Below, piece by piece: positions 41,201 through 56,200 of a stretch of 64,000 nt of DNA; positions within the stretch are counted from its first letter, which is position 1; the number at the start of each line of letters is the position of its first letter. The position numbers and the translations under genes were made by a program. The notes beneath the pieces were generated by a model. It was not told where the DNA came from. It saw only the letters and a list, made by a program, of their open reading frames with translations, and searched no databases. The DNA comes from Antedon mediterranea (taxonomy: Eukaryota > Animalia > Echinodermata). The DNA lies in assembly GCF_964355755.1 (NCBI RefSeq), contig NC_092671.1:12276001-12340000 (forward strand), in the 5' to 3' direction.

Positions 41201-44200
41201 TCAAGGTTGAATTAACTATTACAATATTAAATTTTGAGGTTTTAAGTAGTTTTTTATTTATATTTTTCATTTAATTTTGAATAATAGTGTTTCAAATATT
41301 TTTGTGTGTTCAAGCATAATGATAATAATAGGTACATATATACATTAATATGTGAATGCTAAATTGATTGAAATGGTAATACAAGTTTCTTTTATCATTA
41401 TTAAGCATGTGAGGTCTTATGTAAGATTATAATAAATTGTTTATAATACGTCTAAGATCTTTCAATAATTGTATGCCATGTTGAACTATACTTTTGTAAT
41501 ATTTATTATGTGAAATTACAGTACTTATTGAAATAAATGTCATATTAAAACAATATTTTATTAGTAAGAATCGATTGATATTTTCTCTTATTTATATAAT
41601 ATTTTTTTTAATTTAAATAACAAGATCTTGAAATTAGTATTAGTACTATAGTATCGCAATTCATCATTATGTGTAGTTTTTAAGTATAAATTATTCATTG
41701 ATTGGGAGACCTCTATTTAGTGACACTGTCCTGCAAAATGAATAAGAGGAAATATTATATTTTAACACTATGGTCAAGCCGTAGGACACCCTATTTAGAG
41801 ACACTCTATTTAGAGACACTTTTCTAGGTCCCTTGAAAGGGATGCAACTGAGTACTTCATGTTTAAACTACACATTTTTATTTTATATATAATTTAATTT
41901 CATCATTTATACATCCATGCATCTGTTGTGTTTGAAAATGCAGATGTTAAATAGTATTACAGTATAACCCCAACATACAGTAGTATGTCTCCTGAATAGG
42001 GGTTGGATATAGTGTTAGTATCATGTTGATAATGATATGTACTATATTGTTTATAATAAACTTTTACTGGCAAATTTGGCGAATTATTACATTTTTTTTC
42101 CAACTGAAATAGTAAATATTAGTCTGTTTACATGATTTATTTGCACATGTTGCCTTGACAGATTTCAGTATGTATTGGATTTTTTTATACGATATAACCT
42201 GAGGCACATATTGATCAATATTTGTACTGCGTATTCAACATGAGCATTACATATTACAATCATATGCTTTAGATTGAAACCTACTAATTATTGTTATTTT
42301 TATGATGAAATAAGAGTTGGAGATTTGTTTTATTGCTTTATAACTAATATACCATCATCAAACATTATAAGAAATACAGTATTAATCTTTGATATTTGAT
42401 ACGGTTACTTCATAGTTAATATTGGATATTTGGTATTTGATATAGTACTGTTTTTATTGTGTAATGTATATATACCATCCAAGGGATTTCGTAGAAAATG
42501 TTGAAAATTTGAATTTATTCATACATTCCATTTATTCTTCAGTAGGTCTAATCTTTATAGCACACCTGCGTGTATTCTTGTAATCTGATGCATATGCATT
42601 ACTAATACCACCCGTTCTTTGTCATATTAATGCAGTTTCCAGTTATTTTTTAAAATTAGCATTTCAAAGATACTATAGTTTTTGTTATTGTTTTGAAAAG
42701 GGTATGATTATTTACTTTGTAAAGTTTTTTTTAACCATACTTATAAACTTTAGATATTAAAGATAAAATAAGCATCTGTCCACTATAATGGCGGTGTTTG
42801 CAAAGCTTTATTCCACAGTGTATACAGTTAATCAGATTGCTGACAACGTCAAATGTCCCAAAGGTAATTATGTTGACGAAGAAATATAATGAGAATAAAT
42901 GGGACATATGCATGTATTAAGGTTTTAGATCAGGGTATACTCAGCAGGTTTTCTTTTCACGTAACCGTAAAAGGTTACGCAATGTTCGGGTAATTATGCA
43001 TGAATTTGGAATTCTACTTTGTCTTATTTTATGATTCGTTTCGGTAGTATGCATGACAAACTATTTCAATCACGTTATTCCGTTCCTAAAGCTATATTTT
43101 TTAATAGACGTTATTAACTTTATGTAGAATATATCTGGTTATCTGATTAGAAATGTGATTTTTTCCCCTTTGAGCAAAAGGGTTCTTACTGCAGTGCTTT
43201 ATACCAAGTCACCCATTATTATCTCAAAAAACATCACATTACTAATACATTTTTTATGGTTTTTTATTCATTACTCTATAATCCCAGCGATATATTCTTT
43301 CTCATGGGTGATGTGCAATCAAATAAGTGGGTGTATTTTATGAGGTTATAAAAAAATAATCAAGGTGATTGACAGCAACACAATAGATGTCCTTCAAGAC
43401 ATAATAATCATCATACCTAAAATTAAATATCAAATTTCTGTTATTGTCGATAAAATTTTCGTTCTCTCTGGATACTCTTATACATAAAGGTCTTTCACAT
43501 AATCGTCACCTTTTATGCAGTTAAAAGGCATGCATTGTCATTCAATTGTTTATATTAATCAAGGCACCCACCACCCCAGTTATTATTATATTTAAACACA
43601 TCACATCACTAATTCGTACATTTTCATGGGGTTTTTTGGGGGTTGCAGTTTCATAAATTATCTATAATAACAGCAATATTTAGTTTTGGTAGTGTATGTC
43701 ATAATAGATTTTTTGAATTTTGAAATATGTCTTTTATATTTATTCACAATAAAGTCAACTAATATTATTCTTACCATTATTACCAGTTCATATTGCTAGT
43801 GTCAATATTATACATTCTGTATTATATTCTTCTCCACAGAATATACGACTTGATCCAAATATTTACAAGAACAACACAAGTGAAATATCTGTAGAGGTGT
43901 TTTGTGAGAAAATGCCAACATCCCCAATATCGAAAGGTATCACGCAGCATGAACGCTTCTCTGCAGGTATTCAACCAGCAGTTGATCCAGCTGTAACACA
44001 CCTTAAATCTCTGTCACCAATTCCTGAGATGTCTTCACCCGAATGCACAGAGGATTCCTGTCCAAGTATGATTGGAGAAAATGAAGCAGAAGAGAAGGGC
44101 ATTAGAAGGAAAAAGAGCTCCTCAAGAAGTCGTGGAATATTTGGGAAAATAAATGGTTCTCCTTTAAGACTTATAAAACGAGGTTATCCAAAATCTGTTA

Positions 44201-47200
44201 CAGATGATATTGACTTAAATATGATAGAAGAAAATGCCAAACAGTCAGATGAAGAAGCAGACATGAAGACCAGTGATATTTTAGAAGCAAGCAGTTCTAA
44301 ACAGATACGACTTGATGGTATACATGCAGACTCTGTTGAAAGTGTTTCCGATGTAAGTCTTCCAAGCATGGATGGTACAGATGTTGACAGCTTAGAAACA
44401 CAGTATTTGTCAGCTCATAGCAATCTTACCACACCTGACATTGAGAATGACTCTCCGTCAACTCCTAGTACACCCGTACCAGGTATGCTTTCTTTGGGAA
44501 AGACTTTCAGCCAAACATTCTGGGATGATGTCAGTTTTCCACACAGTTCAAGTTCAGAAACTCTTAAGAGTGACCAAGGAGACACAAATAATGACACTCA
44601 GTTCTTTTCAACAGAGGAGTTTTTAGATGAAATCAGCAACAGGTCACCCACAAGCCAAACTCCTTGTTCTTCAGAAGAAGATCTATTCAAGAAGCGTTCT
44701 GATGATAAGAACAGACAAGGAAGTGAAGATAGAACTTCACCATCATCATTTGCAAGTGCGAAAAGTTACAGTACCGAATACCATACAGCTCAATCGGAAT
44801 TAGACTCTAGAGTAACATCTCCTCAAAGTGCCAAAACCACTAGCAGCAGTGAGTATTTCACAGCATTTTCGGAGTTTTCTGAGACCAAAGAAGATGAACA
44901 GAATAATAACAGCACCAGAGATAGTGATGAAAGTCTTAGCTGTTGTTCCTCACATGAAAGTTTGTCAGCTAAATCAGAAGAAATGAAAACTAACTTTCCA
45001 CAGAAAAACACAATTGTTAAGAACATTAAAACACCCGAACAAGCAATTGAAATTTCTGGTTATGCAGAGGAATATGATGAAGATGAAGAAACTCCGAACA
45101 ACTCTCCAACAAATAAGCTAATTCGCTATGACTCTCTGTCACTGGTTGTTGAGGTATCTGAGGACGATGGTGACCTACCAGACCAGCCAATTCCTGCATA
45201 TCAAATGCCAAGGTTTTCTGCTGACTATGATTCTGGTCATGATAGTTACAGTAGTGAATCTGATCACGGTCGAAGAAGAGCTCTAAGACACTATTTTCAG
45301 TATGAAAGAAGATTTTCTCCTTCTTCTGAAGAAGATCCACACTCACGGCAAGCATCCTTTGATTCTGTTGACAGCTATTCACATAAAAGTGCATCCCTAT
45401 CATCACGGCAGGCATCAATAGAATCCACAAGAACTAGTGATGCTGGACAATCCCGAAAAAGTTCTCCAGATGTAGAACTTCCTATAAATACAGAATTCTG
45501 TTCTGATGTCAATGCACAGAGGAGAAATCCAGATGTAATTAGTGAGTCAGGTACAAGAGAAAGTGAAGCAGACCAACAATTTAACCTTCAAGAAAGTGAA
45601 ACCTTGAATTCAGCAGAATGTAGTGAGTCTACTCAAAATGATACCACAGATGTATTAGATAAATTATTAGAAGTTAATTATCATCATGTGGTTGATACTT
45701 TAGAAAGCAAGGAACTATGTGAAGCAGATGTTGAGAAAGATACATGCCAAAATGATAAATCAGATTTAAGAGATGGTCTTACACCACATGAACAATCAAC
45801 TCCTGAAGAGGAAACGCTTCGAAATTTAATCAAAACTGTCCCGTCCATGAACCCTACAGCAGCAATAATACTACAAAGTCCACCAGAGAAGAAGAAGATG
45901 CTATCAACCAAAGCAGAACTTGACTTAACAAATCTCAGTAAGAAAGTACTTATGAGAAGAGATGAAGTTTTAGAATCAGCAGAAGAGATGTTAACATCAG
46001 CCAATCAGGTAAGATGGAATGTTTTCTTTCTGTTTAAAATGTTTGATATATATACATGACGTCTTTTGTTGCTAAAATTTAGCACTAGTTGTGACTTTGT
46101 GCATGCAGCACAGTATTTGGATTGTTTTTCTACTAAACTTTATGGTTTTGGGAAACCTTGCTTTTTCCTATTCTTATATTTTACATCATAAGATAATCTA
46201 ATTGTGTGTATTTTCAAGGACTACAGTAAGAGACTTTCGTAGCATTGTTTAACTCAATATCGTATTGAAATGCAGGGTTAAGTTTTTCTGTGGGATGTAT
46301 GCCATACCACTTAGTGGGAACTAAACAAACACAGACCTATATTGAATTTCATTGTTAAGATCAATTTAACTTAACTTCATTACTATCCTAAAGCTGATAT
46401 TATTATATTGTATGTATAAAGCATGTTGTAGAGGTCATTGATTGTAAGTAAAACAGTTTGATGGCATGACTATGATTAATAATTCAATTAAAAAAGCATT
46501 TATTTTCGTACAACATAAACATTAAGAAAAAATAAATAAATATAGATTTCAGAAAATGGACATAGCCATGTAACCATGTAGTATGTGGTCTTTTTTTTTA
46601 ATTCATGTAAATTTGCTTGATTTTTATATGTTTTTTATCTCTTGTACCCTTTCTTTACTCTTTCTCTTAATCTACGTTTTATTTCTTGCTTATTTCATCT
46701 GTTTTTCTTTTCCTTTTATTGCACAGTTCCTTTCTTAGTTAAATTACTTTTAACACTTTCTATTTCTAATTTTATTGATTTTGGAAAGGTAAACTTAAAT
46801 TTTAAAATGTTCTTCAGATGACAGAAATTAATGATCAGATGGAAGAGTTGGAGCAGTGTCTGTCATCCCTTGAAAAAACACTAGCTGGTGATAGTGACAG
46901 TGACAATGATGACAGTAAACACAATCGAGGGGATCTTTCACCTCAGGTAGTAGAATCATTTATATTAGTGGAATAGATAAATAGGAGAATAAAGAATATT
47001 TATGGTTAAACAGAGACATCAGACATAATTATTGTCAAATCTTTCTGCTCTTATTGAAGAATAAATGCGTGTATCATCCTCTTCCTCCTTCCATTGATGC
47101 ACATCGCGTTGCGTTGGCCATCAATTGTGTAAGCCAACACTTCCAATCAAGATAATGATCAGTGTATCATAATATGATTTACATTATTGGGAGAAAATTT

Positions 47201-50200
47201 CCTATTTCTTTGAACAATATTTTTTCCTGTCATAAAGGCTCCAACGATCCGGATATCTTTAGTTTATATTCAAATACAATTAATAATGTGATGATCCACA
47301 GCTATCTCGATGATTCTTCTGTTATCAGACAATCAAAAAGTAATTTCCAAAAATAAAGCCTTTTTAAATAAAAATTTAGTAGTCTTCTCCCAGGTATTTT
47401 TCATCCTTGAATTTTCCAACCAATATTTTATTATGTTTGTATGTGAATAGGATCGAGTTGTTGATGATGTCCACAAGCTAGAACAAAAGCTACAAGTTCA
47501 TGATCATTGCCTAGGAATGGAGACTGAGGTAAATATTACATTGAGATATCTGAAAGACTACAGAAAGTTTCCCTATTCATATGGTTGATATGCACACTGT
47601 ACATGGCTTCCACGTGTTAAAACAGCGGAGCAGAATAATTGCATGCATGCACAAAAATCAAATTTATGTGTATATAGAAAAACAAAGACAAACATACAGA
47701 CAGAACAAATGTAAATCAATGAGGCAGGATTACCTAAATGTTATTACAAAATGTTTTAAAAACAAAAAAATAACAGTCAAGATGCTCTCCATTTAGAGAA
47801 ATACATACATACAAGTAGTTACTTGTGCTCATCTTTAAAGTGTGAACGTAATCATTTAAAAGCAATTTTATTTTTTGTAGCAAACAGCAGCAATTGCGGT
47901 ACGAATGATAACCAACACTGCACTCAAAGTCATAGCGACAACAGAAAATGTCATTGAAACTGAGCATGCACAGATTGCATCAGTAGATGTCAATCATTCT
48001 ACAACAGAATCGTCGTCATTGTCTCTGCATAACGATGGTAAGATGTTAAGTGTACAAGAAACCAGTGTGGATAGTGTAAAAGATCTGATACCGCTTACAA
48101 ATGCAAATGAGATACATAATAGTATGCAAATGATCACCAACACAGGTGTCAAATCACAAGTTTCAGAAAGTCATGTCTGCAACACCGATATAGTAGTAAA
48201 TCCTAATGTAGAGGAGAACGGCAACTGTGTGGTTAACGATCAGTCAGTAATCACTAATTCGTCACATTCGTCAACAAACTTAACAACTTCTTCCATGAAA
48301 TCAGGAGCAAGACGGAAGGATTCAATGAGTGGATGTAGAAAGAAAATGAAAGGAATGTCTGAGGATGAACCAGCTGTTGAGTGTATTGATGAAGTTGCTA
48401 ATGAAATTACACACCTTGAAGAGAAGGTTTATTTTTTATTTTTTTTTATAATATTTCTACATATTTTAATACCAACCAGCTATGTACCACCATTAAAAAA
48501 ATATGATAATAATTATGGCTAATTTCCAATTTAATTATTCTTAAATTAAATATTTTCCCAGCTTTCAAGATTTATTAAAGATGTATTGTCCCTTTGACTA
48601 ATTCCCCCCCCAAAAAAATAACACATTTCGAAAAAAGGTGGGTGATTTTGAAATATCATAATAGTTATTAACTATCACCAAAAATTTGTGGAAAAAAAAA
48701 ATCATTTAAACTGAAATACAGACGTTTTTTTGTTAAAATAACTTTGACTTCCAGTCAAAGTTTTCGATCAAAACATATCCCATAATGAAACGCGCTTGTT
48801 TGGCTACTCTGTATGCATAATCATAAAACTTCCTCGCGATCTCAACCATGACGAGTTGAAAACAATCCTAATTAGCATATGCATAATGCATACTCATGAT
48901 TTGAAATCTTTGTTTACTTTCGCTCGCGACGATTTTCCAGACGAAATGTAATCAAACTAATTTACCTGTTAATTACGTAAACTTGTTGCTTTTGGCTTGA
49001 ATTTTCGACTTAAAGTGAATAACTTTAATATTACTTTGATATGGCCAATTTAAATTTAGAATATTTTGACCTTCATTTTTTTGTGTTTCAAGGGACAATA
49101 CATCTTTAATCATCATATGGAATTATTATTTCAGTGTTCTTGTGGCTTTTAAATAGCAAGATTATGGATCCAACTGAGAAATGTCATGGTTCATTTTTGC
49201 ATATAGTTTTATCAATATAGTTTCCATTCTGTTTCTGGTAGTTGTGCTAGAGCTGACTGTATCTTGATTTCAACATTTAAACATTGCATTGCAGGTGTAT
49301 TTATCAGCTAGCCATGTCTTCTCGCTGGAGGACAAGCTAAGCAAATTGGAAAGTCAAGTTCGAGGCCTTGATATAACCGCATCAGAGGAGCTGATTGGGG
49401 GCTTAGAAGATGAACTTGCCCTTACCCTTGCCCAGGTTGCCCATAGTGAGAACCAGGTGGGCATGTGTATGCATGCTGTGCAGTATGTTGTATTTTGGTA
49501 TACATAGTTGTTTGTGTTTGCTTTTTAACTGGTAATAATAATGTTTTTGTAAACATTTTAAAAATGTATTTTATTTGAGTATAATGTTGCTGCATTTGTT
49601 ACTATGACTTAAAATAAACTTATATATGTATATATTGTGTTTAAAAACATGCAATGAGTTTTTTTCTTTTTAAACTAACTCATAATATTTCATATCATTT
49701 GTAAACATGTATACAATATCCTATTTTTTCTTTCTATCTTAAATATTTGTATATGTGAAATGTCTAAATTCTCCACAGTTGTGCTTTTCAAAGTGTTTAT
49801 TTTATTTACCTATTCTTTAATGTCCAAACTTGTGTTCAACATCTTAAAATATCTGTTTGTTCAGCATTCCAAAAATACCAGTAGTGCCTGACATTAACGC
49901 AAACACTACTCATGTTTTTCCAATGTACTACAGAACAAACATTTGTTTAATGAAAATCATTATACATAATGACCATCACGTGTCTGTGTTTGAAGATTAA
50001 ACGCTTTAGCAGTTTGCAATTTGTAGAAATCTTTATGTGTATAATGCTTTATAATGCTACCGTTTTATCATCTTGACAAATAGTTAGCTTTCATTATAAT
50101 TCGTCAGATTACAGTAAAAAAAAGTCATTGCTCCCTGGTGCTATATAGTTTCATTTCCAGTAATTTCATAATCCATCTTATATTATCATCTATCAGTTTA

Positions 50201-53200
50201 CGTTTTTTGTATATTTTACAGGCAAACATTTAAACTATACAATTACATACTCAGTAGTCAAATATTTTATCATTTTTTAGTAGATCTGTGTATTTGAAAT
50301 AGGATTACTAAGATGAGGTAATGTTACAGACGAAAGCAATTACTGTGCATGACCGAGTATAATCCCATGTTCGACCACAATACCATACATGCGTCCCACC
50401 AATAAAGGCTAAATTCAGACATAATCCATCCCTTAATTTGTCGCAAAATTTCTCTATTATTTTTATAATTATACAGATGTTGCCTGCCTAGTGGGGTTAT
50501 ATAACATTTGATATTGCACTGAGGATAATTCCTAGTCATGATGATATATAATATCATTTCAACCATTCACATTTTTGTGTTTACATAGGCTATGCAATAT
50601 TAAAGAGTGAGTGAGTGGCCGAGCGGTTAAGACAGTGGAACCGTAATTACGTAGCCATAACATCGGCAGGGGTTCGAGGCTCACTCACTCCATGGTTCTG
50701 GTGGTAGAACGAGTCTTCTCGGATAAGGACTATAAACCGTAGGTCCAGTGTACACATCTAGCTCGTGTGCACTTTAAAGAACCTAGTACACCTTTCGAGA
50801 CGAGTAGGGGGTTACCCCGGTGTATTAGTACATCACAGCCACTGATCACCAACTGGGCCCTCTGGGAGACCAGTCTTTGACTGAAGAGGTTACCCAGTAT
50901 AAATATAAAATTTCAATTCAATTCAATTCAAAAAGAATAAATTTCACAACAACTTTAATATTGTCATCACATTTTATCATTCCTTATATAAATAAAATGC
51001 TTAGTTCATAATATTATTATTAGTAGTTTGTGAAAAATGTTTGTGGAAAAGCAAAGCAGGAAGGAAGGAATTAATCAGAATAAAAAAAATATTTTGTTAA
51101 TGGTTTTTTTTTTAATACTGAAAACAAAAACTTGTCCATATTTCATATGCAACTTCCTAGCTGTCTTTCATGCTATCTGAACTAAGTCACAATGTTGCAA
51201 AGAAAGACAGTGGTCATATAACTGTGTTTATGAGAATATTAGTCTCATTTTTAATGTTCAAATAACAAAATATTCAGAAATCTTGTGTGATTTTCAGATA
51301 CTTTCACACTGTTCAAAGTAGACGTCATTATAATATCGCTTCAGCGATCATCCTTCTTACCTGTATTATCTGACAACAAAAAATCTGTCTGTGACGTAAA
51401 TGGTGTTTTTTCTCCTATAAAGTAATCTTGATTCATTTTTGTACGGAAATATTCTCAGGTATTTTACATATCTGAAACATCTATATGACTGAGTATAATC
51501 CTATGCTTGAGTATAATCCCACTATATATATGTGCAGTGTATAATATGTATATGTATGTATGATTGTATTACTCATGTATGTGTTTACTATAAATGTTTG
51601 CGTTGTTGGCTATGATTATTAATCACAATGCCAGCATGATTTGTTTGTAGCTCTTTACATTTAATGTTACTGATATGTAATGTATGAATTGAATCTTTTT
51701 TTGTTTTAGTCTTATTTTGTTGCATTGACGAATGTAAAATCAATATACAACATAGTAATGTGTCGTTTTTGTGTTGAGAAATTAATATTCCAAATTCATG
51801 TACATTTTGTCTTTTTGATATATCATATCTCATTATGCTTTGTTTTTGTTATTTAAGAGTATCACAAATTAACTGTAATGGTACATCCAGTGAAAGCCTA
51901 CGAATTACCCAAGCAGGCTTAAGCATATTAATCAAAACATGTTCTATGTCTTCCTTTAGTACTGTAGTAAATTTGTAGCAATTCTATGTCTTTCCTACTT
52001 TTGAGATGTTTTTAAAGATATTATATTAGTACTACAGTATTTGTTAAGATTGACTGTAGAAATAACTAAAGACTATGTTTTTTTTCTTTTTTGTGATTGG
52101 ATAGGAAGAAGTAGATTTATGTCATACCACGGAAGAGTGACGTTACAAATATAGTCTCACTCTTTCCTGGTTATATAATATTCCTGATACAATACAGGAA
52201 CTTCTACTCTTTTATTTGTAGTTTTTAATTATTTTAATATTTGTTTTTGTTTTTCTTTTGTAGGTGTGTTCTGCAGAGGACCGCATTGATCAGCTAAAAT
52301 CAAGAACAGGCTTTGTCCAAGGTGAGGAGAAAGAGGATAAGTTTTCTAATTTCTTAACCAATGTATCTGAAGGTTTTCAGGCCTTCAGTTCATCTACTGA
52401 GAGCACACCTGCCAACTCTGCAACTTCCAAACGGAAGGCTTCAGATGGCATTGATACTATTGGTGAACATCACAGTTCTCAGAGCGAAGTTTCAAATGAG
52501 AGCACACCTGCCAACTGTGAGATTTCCAAAAGGAAGGCTTCAGATTGTATCGATACTATTGCTGAACACCACAGTTCTAGAAGTGAAGTTTCAAATAGTA
52601 AAGCAGTTTCACCGAAAGAAATTTATTGTAGTTCATTGCATGAGGATGATGTTGACGGCGAATATGCTCTAGAAAGTGATGAGGATGAGATTTTTCTGGT
52701 AGCATCTTCAAGTATACAGACTGATTTTTATCAGAAGCCTAGTTCTTATGGTACCTTCACAAGATCTATATCTCAGCCAGAAGTCGGAACCAGTGCCCGC
52801 AAGAAAGTGGATAGTTTTAATGATAAACGGTCGGTTTCTGTGACTGATGTAAGTTGGGAGATGCCTGGTATGATTAGTTTTCTAGATGATTCTAACATTG
52901 AATTCCAGCCATATTCTAGTTCTGAGGAGTTCAGTGATGACAGTCAGAGAATCAATGGTAGCAGTAACGGCAGTCAGAGAACCCATAGCACCAGTGGCAG
53001 TGATGGAAGTAATGAAGGCAATGGTGATAGTCAAGTGGAAAATGTTAATGGACAAAGGAATAGTTGTAGTGATGGTAATCAGGACAACAATGGCAGTCAT
53101 GACAATCAGAGAAATAACAGTGAGAGGAGTGGTGAGAGCCAAACTGATGTTAATAACCAACACAGAAACAATGGCAATAACCAGGTACTCTACAATGAAA

Positions 53201-56200
53201 CAATCAATGGTGATACAATTCAGAGAGACAATGATAAAAGTGATTCTTGTCTGACCAACAATTGCAGTGATCATAACCAGAAAAATGGCAGTAGTGATGA
53301 TAGTCAACTCACCATTCAAAGCAGTGTCCTTAGCCAGAGTATTGGTGATCTAATATCTTTTAATGTCAATGAAGAGATCTGTGTTCCTTGTGACATAAAC
53401 AAAACTAAAAAGACATCCGTTGAATCTTTAGAAAGTGGTGATAGTCACACTAACAATGATGAAAGTGTTCTTAGCCAACAGAGTATCGATGATCTGATAT
53501 CTTTTAATGTCAATGAAGAAATCTGTGGATTGGCCATCCCAGAAGGATCTCAAAACAGTAAGAAATCTTTGGGAAATACTGTTTTTATATTTTACATTTA
53601 ATCCTTTTGTTTAACCCTAGTACACCTCTTCTTTTGGTGGTGCTTCTGCCTTTCATGTCGCCAGCTTATCATCATTTGAATAGATATAGTAAATCCACAT
53701 TTTTGCATGTTTATTAATAAATATTTGCTACTAATTTTTGTATTCTAGCATACTAATAACTAAAAAGAAATTAAAATATTGTCAATAATAAGTGTACTAA
53801 ACTGATTTATAAATTTATGAAGAGAGTTATATTTCTAACAAATTGATTAATTTTTGCATTGACTATTCATATATACTTGTAAAAAAATGTTATATATTGA
53901 AAAAATTCTACTGTTTGTGCCTAATAACATTTGTTTTTTTCTCTTTGTCATTCTGTTGCGGTCTTGGTTTAGTAGCATACTATGGTGTTGGGTTTATACA
54001 GGAATACATTCTTCACACTAAACTACATTTACAGTATATTTACCATGTATATTTATCTGTGCTTTCAATGGTGTAGTTGTTAAGTCTTAAACAAAATAAT
54101 ATTAAACTGCAGTTCATCATCAATTTGGGGGGCACCAATGTGATGAAGCATAGATACAATCTTACATGTATTGTATACCAGTTACAGATTCAGAATTTTG
54201 AAATAGGGGAGGCAAAGTCCTAAAACTGTGAATTGAAGTGCTGAATTCAACCTAATATCCTATCTTTTGAACATTTTGCCACCAAACTTAACCATAACTT
54301 GTATCTTTTATTAACTGGCAAATTTGGCGATGAACTGTGTAGTATATTTAAGTTACTTTTATTATTTTACAAGAATGCTTTTATATAACAGGTGTATTAT
54401 GTATAATTGTATAACATATTTATTTGTATATGTAAATAAAATATTTGTAAATAAATGTAATTTAATACCTCCTATCATGGCATTGTTGTAAAAACATGTT
54501 TTTAATACTGTACAGAAAAAATAGTCATAATTTTGTAGTTTAGTAAATAAATGTTTTTATCTTTTTAACTTTATACTTTGCATGTATGTAGTGGGCATAG
54601 TACATAACATAACATTCCTCTTTTCATTCCAGTTTAATGAAATATAATATGTATAGTAAGCACATGTGTTTTATGGAATAAATCTGTATGCAGTAGGACC
54701 ATAAAGCTCTGTCTACACTATCAAACCTTATGTGACAAAACAATGTGATATGCCCATATATGGACATGATGATGTCATATCACTACCAAATTTGGGCACA
54801 TCACTACCATATTTGGGCACATCACTCTTTTTTGTCAAACTACTTTGTGTAGACAGAGCTTTAAGGAGACACTTTACTTAATAGAGGTGTACTCTGAATA
54901 GTTTGTTTAGTGTTATTATATTACATATATTTCCCAAAGTATCCCAATGCGGGTGTTTCAAAGGAGCGATTCTACTGTATAATATTATAGCATTTATTGT
55001 AAAAATTATCAACAAAATATTTTATTTTTTTTGGTTTTTTAGATGTATCTTCCCTAGTATTTTCATCCGAGGCCAATTTTAATTCACAATTGGTAAGTGA
55101 ATTTGTTATTGTTGCAAAAATTATTTGAAAGATTCTTCCAGTAATTTCAAGATATATTTGTTTTAATTATAGACATTTGTATACGGTGGTTGCTTGTGTG
55201 TATAAAACTTCTGGTTTCATCATACCATATTAGAACTGAAAAAAAAACACATTCCTATATTTTATTTATTCGTTATGTTATGTTAAATCCATCTGAATAT
55301 TTAAATACTCACCTGTATAAAGGTATATATAACTAGAACGTCTGAGACCGTATTTCATTGCACTGTTCGGCGCAACAACAAAACATGTTTGCAAAAATTT
55401 TTTTATCAAACTTAAGTTTATTTTAATTTTATTATGCTGTCGGAAGTTCGGTAACATTACGGTATTTACAATATCACCTTAAACACTTCGGTGTCAATCA
55501 AGGACTTACGAAAGTTGAAATAGCTCTAAACAAAATCTGTAAAAGCAGCAGCTGATATAAACTACTTAAAAATTGCAAAAAGTATGGCATGTTTCCAAAA
55601 TGTATTATGGAAGTGTATGCAAAACCATTTATTTCAAACTAAAAATATTTCACAGCCATAGTTATCTTCTTTTAGAAGCTTAAATTCCACTTAATTTGCC
55701 TAACAGTTTTAAGGTTATACTAAAATTTTTTTCTATTTATATACAATGTTATTAAATTAATTATTGGAATTGACTAAATGTTTTTCATAGTTATTTCAAT
55801 TTACTACATCTTAGCCTATTATAATATTCACAGACATATAATTATCATTTATTTTTAGGAGCAAGGACACACTGATACAAGAACACAGAGTGACATTCAA
55901 TTCCAAAATGATTTACCAATGAATTCATCTTACATAGGTAGACTACAATTTAAATTGTAATTATTTTATGAAGAAGAAATTATCTTCACAAACATGATAT
56001 TTTAAGAAATAAACCAAAGTCACAATAATGGGTTTGTAGTGGAGTAACTCTTCACAGATATAAACATTTGTCTTGTGTGCTATTGTACAACACAGTGATG
56101 TATTATACAGGTGTTGGTTTTTACCAATTGCATAAAATCTTTAGAACACCGTTAGATCAAGTTTATTATAGACTAATCATCATTGTCATATATAATTTTT

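Noticed and set aside
44184-46004. Antisense and alternate-frame ORFs over the large MYRIP exon (also 52361-53319)
   Set aside because: Shadow ORFs of a long, biased coding exon with no independent signals.
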